Shown in pieces: positions 57,934-64,000 of a stretch of 64,000 nucleotides of DNA. The first letter of the stretch is position 1; every line of letters starts with the position of its first letter. The translations under genes were made by a program, and so were the position numbers. The DNA is from Sulfuricurvum sp. MLSB (GTDB lineage Bacteria > Campylobacterota > Campylobacteria > Campylobacterales > Sulfurimonadaceae): assembly GCF_000747095.1 (NCBI RefSeq), contig NZ_JQGL01000144.1:1758-65757 (forward strand), written 5' to 3'. The notes below the pieces were generated by a model. That model was not told the origin of the DNA, did no database searches, and worked only from the letters and a program-made list of their open reading frames with translations.

Positions 57934-58500
57934 ATGAAAATCGGCTCTGCTAATACGCCTATCAATCCTTACATCCAACGAGGGTTGACTCTGAACGAAA
58001 CAAAAAGCGAAGAGTTCAAAGAGAAGATAAAAAGCGGTGAAATCTCCGCAAAAACTCTTTCTCAAGCCTATTTGGTTGAATACAGTCTGATGATAGAAGC
58101 GAATTCGTCTGATAATTTTGAAGCCCAAAGCGCTCCGTTTGATATGGGGAAAATACGCGACATTCTCGAAACGATCGATTTTGCCGCTATCGGTTACACC
58201 GGAAAACCGATCGTCGACATGACCCCCGAAGAAGCCAAAGAACTTGTCGGCGAGGATGGATTTTTTGGAGTAGCGCAAACATCTGAACGGATAGCCGATT
58301 TTGTCCTCAACGGCGGAGGTGACGATCTCGAACGTCTCAAAGCCGGGCGCGAAGGAGTGATCCGCGGATTTAACGAAGCAGAAGCGATGTGGGGCGGAAA
58401 ACTGCCCGACATCTCGTATGAGACTTTGGAGAAAGCGCTCGCTAAAATCGATGAGAAAATCACCGCACTCGGCGGCAAAATTCTCGACACGAGCGTTTGA
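57934..58500 (+). CDS. Hypothetical acidic protein (188 aa), no signal peptide
   Basis: MKIGSANTPINPYIQRG...GFFGVAQTSERIADFVLNGGG. No family assigned with confidence. It lies 39 nt downstream of the permease. Confidence 0.6.
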   Translation: MKIGSANTPINPYIQRGLTLNETKSEEFKEKIKSGEISAKTLSQAYLVEYSLMIEANSSDNFEAQSAPFDMGKIRDILETIDFAAIGYTGKPIVDMTPEEAKELVGEDGFFGVAQTSERIADFVLNGGGDDLERLKAGREGVIRGFNEAEAMWGGKLPDISYETLEKALAKIDEKITALGGKILDTSV

Positions 58501-58938
58501 TTACTGCACGGTTTTACAATAAGGGCAGGTTTTTGCCGCAAACGGAATTTCCATCGCACATTCCGGGCATATTTTCGTCGTCGGTTCTGCCGGCGCGGGA
58601 GCCGGTTCTGCCGATTTCAAACGGTTGTACCCTTTTACCATCATAAACATTACCCAGCCCAAAATAAGAAACGAAATCGTATCGTTGATAAAGACCCCCA
58701 GTTTGATCGCCGGAGCCCCTGCCGCGTCCAGAGCGGCCAATGACGCGTATTCTTTGCCGTCAAGAGCGATAAATAGGGATGAAAAATCAACGCCTCCCAT
58801 CAAAAGCCCGATCGGCGGCATGATAATGTTGGCAACCAAAGATTTGACGACCGTCGCAAATGCCGCCCCGAAGATAAAACCGACCGCCATATCCACGACA
58901 TTTCCGGTGATAAGGAATTTTTTAAACTCTTGAAGCAT
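58501..58938 (-). CDS. mscL: Large-conductance mechanosensitive channel MscL with C-terminal Cys4 zinc-ribbon-like tail
   Basis: MLQEFKKFLITGNVVDMAVGFIFGAAF is the canonical MscL N-terminus/TM1. I chose the start at ATG 58938 (GGAGA upstream). The tail is ICPECAMEIPFAAKTCPYCKT. Confidence 0.9.
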   Translation of the reverse strand: MLQEFKKFLITGNVVDMAVGFIFGAAFATVVKSLVANIIMPPIGLLMGGVDFSSLFIALDGKEYASLAALDAAGAPAIKLGVFINDTISFLILGWVMFMMVKGYNRLKSAEPAPAPAEPTTKICPECAMEIPFAAKTCPYCKTVQ

Positions 58939-58951
58939 GGGGAATTCTCCT

Positions 58952-60478
58952 TTAGTATTGCGGGTCACTCTCCGCACTGTCTTTGAAACGTTCACGAATC
59001 CTTAAAAACTCATCAAGATGCTCGAAAAAGATATCGACAAGCATCGGATCGAAATGTTTCCCTCTCTCTTCCTTGAAAAGAGTGAAAATTTTCTCATCCT
59101 CCCACGCCTTTTTATAGACCCGATCGCTTCCCAACGCGTCAAAGACATCGGCAAGCGCGGTAATACGCCCGTAAATATGGATACTTTCTCCTTGCAGACC
59201 CCGTGGATAACCGCTTCCGTTCCATTTTTCATGATGTTCATACGCTACGATAGCGGCCGTCTGCAACAGCGGCCGTTGGGAATGTTTCAACATATCATAC
59301 CCCAACTCTGCGTGGGTGTCCATGATCCGTCGTTCCTCATCATCAAAACGTCCCGGCTTGTTAAGTATCGCATCGGGAATGGCGACTTTGCCGATATCGT
59401 GCATGGGCGATGCCTGCTTGAGCATTTCGGCTTCCTCTTCACTCAATCCGTGATACAACGCGAGCAATTTCGAGTATTCGGCCACCCGTTTGACATGGTT
59501 TCCCGTTTCTTTCGAACGGCTCTCGCCGATCGATCCCATCGTAAAGACAACTTCACGCTGCGTATCCTCAATCTCTTTGTTCAATGCCGTAATCTCGCTC
59601 AGAGCGTTGTCCATACCCGAGATCATCGTGTTGAACGCATTCGAGAGCTGCCCGATCTCATCGTCGCGATCTACCGCAACCTGCTGCGTATAGTCCTGCG
59701 TACGGGTAATTTCCTTCGCCGTCTTCGACAGACCGATCACCGGACGTATCAATCCTTTCGCTACATAATAAGCGGCGACGGCAATAAATACGGCGCCGAT
59801 AATCAGCAGCAAGATAAACCATCGTTCGTACTTGTACAGCAGACGGTAGGCAAATGCTTTTTCTTCTTCCAAAACCACCGTCAATTCGGTTTTTCCGGTT
59901 AATTTTCGGGCTACTTTCAATGATTCGACAAATACCGCGGGGCGCAATTCGCTCGTTCCGTCCCGATATTGGATGAAGTAGTGACGTTGAGGAGAGTTGG
60001 AGAAAAAACGGCTAAAATTTTCGACACGGTAATCAACTTTTAGCGATCCGATCTGCTCATTGGTAAAACTCGAGCGGATGGGAACCGAATAAAAAGACGG
60101 TCCGGAAAAAATTTCCCCGATCGCCGCAAAATCGCTTGATGCAATGATGCGGCCGCCGCCATCGACTGCATAAAAATCGCCGATCAGCTTCATATCGCGC
60201 TTTTTTGCCAAAAGCGTATTCCCGATACGACGGTCAAGATCCTGAGTATACATGTCGTTCATCAAATCCGACTTGGCCATAAAGGCCATATCTTTTTGCA
60301 AGGTGATCAGATGTTGATCGATCCGTTCAACCGTTAAACGCAGCTGCGTGTTCATCTCTTGCGTTACGGCGTTATACTGCTCCTCGCGAAATGAATTTCC
60401 GAGCAAAAACATCGTTGCGACGTACGGGATCAGACTGACTCCCAAAAAAAGGAGAATTGTTTTGATTTTAAAACTCAT
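58952..60478 (-). CDS. Membrane sensor HD-GYP c-di-GMP phosphodiesterase (2 TM, periplasmic domain, HAMP, HD-GYP)
   Basis: HAMP (DEIGQLSNAFNTM) and HD-GYP (HVKRV...MHDIGKVAIPD...HHEKWNGSGYPRGL). I chose the start at ATG 60478 (MSFKIKTILLFLGV), overlapping the upstream gene by 11 nt. Confidence 0.88.
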   Translation of the reverse strand: MSFKIKTILLFLGVSLIPYVATMFLLGNSFREEQYNAVTQEMNTQLRLTVERIDQHLITLQKDMAFMAKSDLMNDMYTQDLDRRIGNTLLAKKRDMKLIGDFYAVDGGGRIIASSDFAAIGEIFSGPSFYSVPIRSSFTNEQIGSLKVDYRVENFSRFFSNSPQRHYFIQYRDGTSELRPAVFVESLKVARKLTGKTELTVVLEEEKAFAYRLLYKYERWFILLLIIGAVFIAVAAYYVAKGLIRPVIGLSKTAKEITRTQDYTQQVAVDRDDEIGQLSNAFNTMISGMDNALSEITALNKEIEDTQREVVFTMGSIGESRSKETGNHVKRVAEYSKLLALYHGLSEEEAEMLKQASPMHDIGKVAIPDAILNKPGRFDDEERRIMDTHAELGYDMLKHSQRPLLQTAAIVAYEHHEKWNGSGYPRGLQGESIHIYGRITALADVFDALGSDRVYKKAWEDEKIFTLFKEERGKHFDPMLVDIFFEHLDEFLRIRERFKDSAESDPQY

Positions 60479-60872
60479 AGACGCCCCGCACCTTTCCATC
60501 GACCATATAGACGGGAAGATAACCGATTGCTCCGTCCACATTTTCGACAAACGCCTTGACCGATTCAAACGAAGGTTGGGTCAGCGGCGGGGTAACTCCC
60601 TGAAAATGCTGCTTTACCCAGTAGGCGTTCAAACGGTTGCGATCCATCCCCAAGACTTTTGTCTCAAACAGGCTTCGCACTTCTTCATGCCCCAAAACAT
60701 TGACGGGAATGGCTTTTTCATCTCCGATGTTACGGCGCTTTTGCAAAAAAACGTCCCTTATCTGCGAAACCGTCAACGCCGAAAAAGACGATTTTTTGGA
60801 AACGACGACCGTGTACTCCGACGCGCTTAGAATCGAAACCAGACAGGCTGCCATGACTGCCGCTTTCATCAA
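60468..60872 (-). CDS. Small periplasmic PstS/PBP-like single-lobe protein (134 aa)
   Basis: Signal peptide MMKAAVMAACLVSILSA. LTVSQIRDVFLQKRR...VDGAIGYLP resembles one lobe of phosphate/anion-binding PBP_like proteins. Confidence 0.65.
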   Translation of the reverse strand: MMKAAVMAACLVSILSASEYTVVVSKKSSFSALTVSQIRDVFLQKRRNIGDEKAIPVNVLGHEEVRSLFETKVLGMDRNRLNAYWVKQHFQGVTPPLTQPSFESVKAFVENVDGAIGYLPVYMVDGKVRGVYEF

Positions 60873-61864
60873 AACAATACCGCAAACGAGAATAAAAAGA
60901 GGTTTTCATCGTTTTGGGAATGCCATTGGTATTCCCCTTTCAACGAAACCGGATAAATCGGACGATAGCTGTATCCGACAATGCCGATATGATCACGATA
61001 GTCATCATGCCGACGGTCATAATACTCGTATCTTCCGACGGCCGCATGCTGAGGATTGAAACGGTAAACTCCCTGAAGATAGCCCGCATAGGTGTCGTCG
61101 TCTCCGCCGATACGATACGCCGTACGCGCCGCAATCGCTTCGGCGGTCACGATGCACGTTTCCGCCTCGTATTTGAGATTTGCCTGGACAAAACGGGTAC
61201 GCTCGCCGGTTGCTTGCGTTATGTATTCACCTATGCTCCCGCCGCCGTTCCATTCCCACGAAAACTCCTGTTCAAGGGCAAGCCCGTAAAAATGGGTGTT
61301 GGGGATATTGATGTATTCCTCGTCCATATCGTGGGTGCTTTGAGCGAAAAAATGGTAATTAAGATTTTGCACTCCCGGAACGTATCCGTTGAAATCGATG
61401 CCGGTCAAAAACTTTGGAAATAAAAGTTTGCTGTAAAGCGGATTGGATGTCGTGTCGCGCAACACGTTGATGGGTTCGCGGTTCCAATATCCGATGGGAG
61501 TTATCTGTTTTCCGAAACGGACATTGAATGCATCATTCACCCACATGTCGCCGTAGAAACGTTCGATGTGAAATTTACGTTCGCTGTCTTCGCTGCCGTC
61601 GGTAAAATTTTTCTGATAAAATCTGACGGCTTCCAACTCAGCCAAATACGAAAACATCGGATTGATGTCGCCGTACGCCAGAACCGCGACATCGTCCAAA
61701 GTCGCCCTGTCGCGGAGTTTGCCGGTTTCAAATTCAGTCGAAAAATATCCGCCGACGGTTATGTGCTCGTTGAGAGCAAGGCCGTGCCCGGGTTCGTAAG
61801 GCTCTGCGTACAATGATAGAGTTCCCACACTGATCCACAAAAACCATTTACGATATCTTTGCAC
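60869..61864 (-). CDS. Outer-membrane beta-barrel (porin-like) protein
   Basis: GTG start, signal peptide, alternating aromatic/polar strands and a terminal ...FSFAVLF (C-terminal Phe). Confidence 0.7.
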   Translation of the reverse strand: MQRYRKWFLWISVGTLSLYAEPYEPGHGLALNEHITVGGYFSTEFETGKLRDRATLDDVAVLAYGDINPMFSYLAELEAVRFYQKNFTDGSEDSERKFHIERFYGDMWVNDAFNVRFGKQITPIGYWNREPINVLRDTTSNPLYSKLLFPKFLTGIDFNGYVPGVQNLNYHFFAQSTHDMDEEYINIPNTHFYGLALEQEFSWEWNGGGSIGEYITQATGERTRFVQANLKYEAETCIVTAEAIAARTAYRIGGDDDTYAGYLQGVYRFNPQHAAVGRYEYYDRRHDDYRDHIGIVGYSYRPIYPVSLKGEYQWHSQNDENLFLFSFAVLF

Positions 61865-61928
61865 TCTTTATCCCCGCTTTCAGAACCAAAATTTTTACAA
61901 CCGACCGTCTTGCTTATTATGCAGTGGA

Positions 61929-62267
61929 TCAGTGGTGTTTATGCTTATGTTTGTGATGGCCTTTGTGCAATCCGTTGTCGCGGTGCCCTCTGTATTCATC
62001 GTCCCCTACGACTCTCGCCGCGACGACGCTTCCGCCTGTTCTTTGTTGGACAGATGAATCACTGCTCCCTGCGGCGGCACCTACCGCACCGCCGATTCCG
62101 CCGCCTATCACGGCTCCTTCTTTACCGCCGACTGCCGAACCGACCGCACTGCCCGCCGCCGCACCGATTGCACTGCCCAACACGGCACTTCCGTCGATTT
62201 GACCCGCCTGCAAACTTACGGCTGCGGCAAAAATACCTGTTACGATTATTTTTTTCTTTGCATTCAT
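61929..62267 (-). CDS. Secreted glycine-zipper protein with His/Lys-rich C-terminal tail
   Basis: I chose the start at ATG 62267 (MNAKKKIIVTGIFAAAVSLQA, GGAG upstream). It has GxxxG/AxxxG zipper repeats and the tail RGHRDNGLHKGHHKHKHKHH. Confidence 0.7.
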   Translation of the reverse strand: MNAKKKIIVTGIFAAAVSLQAGQIDGSAVLGSAIGAAAGSAVGSAVGGKEGAVIGGGIGGAVGAAAGSSDSSVQQRTGGSVVAARVVGDDEYRGHRDNGLHKGHHKHKHKHH

Positions 62268-62481
62268 GTTAGTACTCCATTCTATTTTCGGATATTTTAT
62301 CATCGTTTGTGTTTCTGAAAAAACAACGCATTGGCTGAATCCCGATTCTGTCGTCTGAATTTTTACGGAAATTTTACACTAAAAAGAGACAATATCCCCT
62401 GTTTGCGGTTAAATCTACATTTTTACGCCTTAACGAGAGAGATATAAATAACTTTAATAAAACATTCAAGTAACTGTGAAC

Positions 62482-62487
62482 TATAAT
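62482..62487 (+). promoter_or_regulatory. -10 box candidate (TATAAT) for the PAS-GGDEF-EAL gene
   Basis: GTGAACTATAATAAA lies 30 nt upstream of ATG 62517. Confidence 0.4.
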
Positions 62488-62516
62488 AAACGCTTTGGAA
62501 TGCATAAGGATAGTAA

Positions 62517-64000
62517 ATGCAAAACCCTTTTCAATCAGATCGGATACACGTCAACGATCTACTTAAACATATGCCGGACGGCATGTTCACACACGACACC
62601 AATCTCATTATCACGTATGCCAACCCCACATTCTGCCAACTGCTGGGCTATGAAGCCGAAGAATTGATCGGCACCTGCATCACGGAGCACCTTCATGACC
62701 TGAGCATCCTTGAGAGTTGTATGAGCAACGTCCGCGAACACGGTCACTGCAACGATCAGGAAACGATTTTCAAACGCAAAGACGGCAGTCTGGTCCACAT
62801 TGCAAAAAACGTACGGGCGCTCTACGATGAGCGGGGGCAAGTTTATACTACGGTTGTCAGCATCCGCGATATGACCCGCCTGCACGAACTCAATCGCGAG
62901 CTATTGGAGTCCAAAAGACAACTGCAGCACCACACCGACGACCTCAAGGGCCTGGTAGAAAACCGCACTCGGGAACTGACCTACCGATTGTTCTACGATC
63001 CCCTTACCCGACTGCCGAACCGTTCGAAATTGATTCACGATACCGAAACGATCGAAAAACCCTACGCCCTCTTGCTGCTCAACATCGACCGCTTCCGCGA
63101 AATCAACAGTTTTTACGGTAACGACATGGGGGACGAATTGCTTGACAGTGTCGCAGAACTTCTTTCGGCTCTTTCGCAGCAGATGGACGATGCCGTTGTC
63201 TACAAACTTCCGGTCGACGAGTACGCTGTTTTGATCACAAACCCGCCCGAAATAGAAGAGATTGAAGCATTTGCCGCCCACCTTATCGAACAAATCAGCC
63301 AAAGCAGTTTCCGTATCCAGGATCACGACATGAGCCTCAATGCGACGGCGGGGATAGCGTGTTCACACGATATTACCGATTACCGGCAAAGTGTGTTGCT
63401 TCGGGCGGGAATGGCACTGCAACTGGCCAAAAAAAGGCGTCAGGATTATATTATTTATGATCCGTCGCTCCATATTAAAAAAGACTACGAAAAAAACATC
63501 CAATGGGTAAAACGGCTCCGCAATGCCATAGAGGAAGACAGAATCGTCCCCTATTATCAGCCTATCCTGAATACCAAAACATTGAAAATCGATAAATACG
63601 AAGCGCTTGTGCGGATTATAGAAGATGACGGATCGGTTATAACACCCTATCATTTCCTGGGAATTTCGAAAAAAGTCAAACTCTATTATCACATTACAAA
63701 GATTATGATCGATAAGGTTTTTGAGACGCTGAAAATGCATCCTGACGTAGCTTGCTCGATCAATCTTTCGATCGAAGACATCCATGACCAAACGATGTAC
63801 GCCTATATTCTGGAAAAAGTACAAACCTGCTCTAACGCCGGCCAGATTATCTTCGAGATTCTCGAATCCGAGGGGATCGAGAACTATGATATCGTCAATA
63901 TGTTCATCACCGAAGTCAAAAAATACGGCGTCAAAATCGCGTTGGATGACTTCGGTGCGGGATACTCGAATTTTGCCTACATCACGAAGCTCGACATCGA
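62517..64000 (+). CDS. PAS - degenerate GGDEF - EAL signalling protein (3' end beyond the window)
   Basis: Absent from the track because it runs off the right edge. Hand translation from ATG 62517 (AAGGA upstream) is open to 64000. It contains PAS (MPDGMFTHDTNLIITYANPTFCQLLGY), a GGDEF-domain fold with PVDEY in place of GGDEF (63210-63224), and EAL motifs (YEALVR at 63597-63614, FEILESEG, DDFGAGYSN). Confidence 0.88.
   Translation, partial: MQNPFQSDRIHVNDLLKHMPDGMFTHDTNLIITYANPTFCQLLGYEAEELIGTCITEHLHDLSILESCMSNVREHGHCNDQETIFKRKDGSLVHIAKNVRALYDERGQVYTTVVSIRDMTRLHELNRELLESKRQLQHHTDDLKGLVENRTRELTYRLFYDPLTRLPNRSKLIHDTETIEKPYALLLLNIDRFREINSFYGNDMGDELLDSVAELLSALSQQMDDAVVYKLPVDEYAVLITNPPEIEEIEAFAAHLIEQISQSSFRIQDHDMSLNATAGIACSHDITDYRQSVLLRAGMALQLAKKRRQDYIIYDPSLHIKKDYEKNIQWVKRLRNAIEEDRIVPYYQPILNTKTLKIDKYEALVRIIEDDGSVITPYHFLGISKKVKLYYHITKIMIDKVFETLKMHPDVACSINLSIEDIHDQTMYAYILEKVQTCSNAGQIIFEILESEGIENYDIVNMFITEVKKYGVKIALDDFGAGYSNFAYITKLDI

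Noticed and set aside
61963-62272. Two plus-strand ORFs (79 and 137 aa, Pro/Leu/Arg-rich) and an apparent short-period repeat.
   Set aside because: This is the mirror image of the Gly/Ala zipper coding sequence on the minus strand, which has a signal peptide and SD.
1-64000. Search by eye for tRNA, rRNA, tmRNA, CRISPR arrays, IS elements, integrases, phage, toxin-antitoxin or known defence genes.
   Set aside because: All gaps larger than 100 nt (10983-11184, 20419-20590, 36577-36692, 49213-49402, 52044-52269, 52420-52549, 53435-53562, 62268-62516) read as AT-rich promoter/terminator regions. They have no cloverleaf-like or repeat-spacer structure, and no ORF shows transposase, recombinase or nuclease signatures. 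A covariance-model scan (Infernal/tRNAscan) would be needed to exclude small ncRNAs.

Overview
This 64-kb window reads like a chromosomal segment of a Campylobacterota-type (epsilonproteobacterial) genome. That placement is inferred only from protein appearance and gene order, since no search was possible. I call about 66 tightly packed protein-coding genes, many translationally coupled. I saw no rRNA, tRNA, CRISPR array, transposase, integrase or phage gene. Layout: (i) 1-1494 is the 5' part of a mutS-family gene running off the left edge. (ii) 1.6-11.0 kb is a nine-gene MSHA-like type IV filament locus. (iii) 11.2-44.3 kb is housekeeping (serA, rpsA, ispH, aroA, pheST, argH, hemC, proS, hemA, rsmH, bioA, ftsAZ, prmC and others), almost all on the minus strand up to 34.6 kb. 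(iv) 44.3-52.4 kb is an iron-acquisition block with TonB-ExbBD, a PiuC-type dioxygenase, two TonB-dependent receptors, a hand-found hemP, a DUF2325 gene and Fur-box-like promoters. (v) 52.5-58.5 kb holds a periplasmic rhodanese and a TolC-MacA-MacB efflux operon. (vi) 58.5-64.0 kb is an envelope and c-di-GMP block: MscL, an HD-GYP sensor with a mini binding protein and a beta-barrel, a glycine-zipper protein, and a PAS-GGDEF*-EAL gene running off the right edge. The best candidates for something undescribed are three. First, the reduced type IV filament locus and its 320-aa pilin (Ig-like domain, Gly linker, twin-CX3C tail). Second, the Fur-controlled DUF2325-hemP-receptor operon with a divergent Lys/Cys miniprotein. 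Third, the barrel/half-PBP/HD-GYP/MscL operon. None is proven, and all functional statements are motif-level readings that need HMM or BLAST confirmation. The ORF track uses ATG/GTG/TTG starts and the longest ORF, so I moved several starts inward where an SD-like site supports it.
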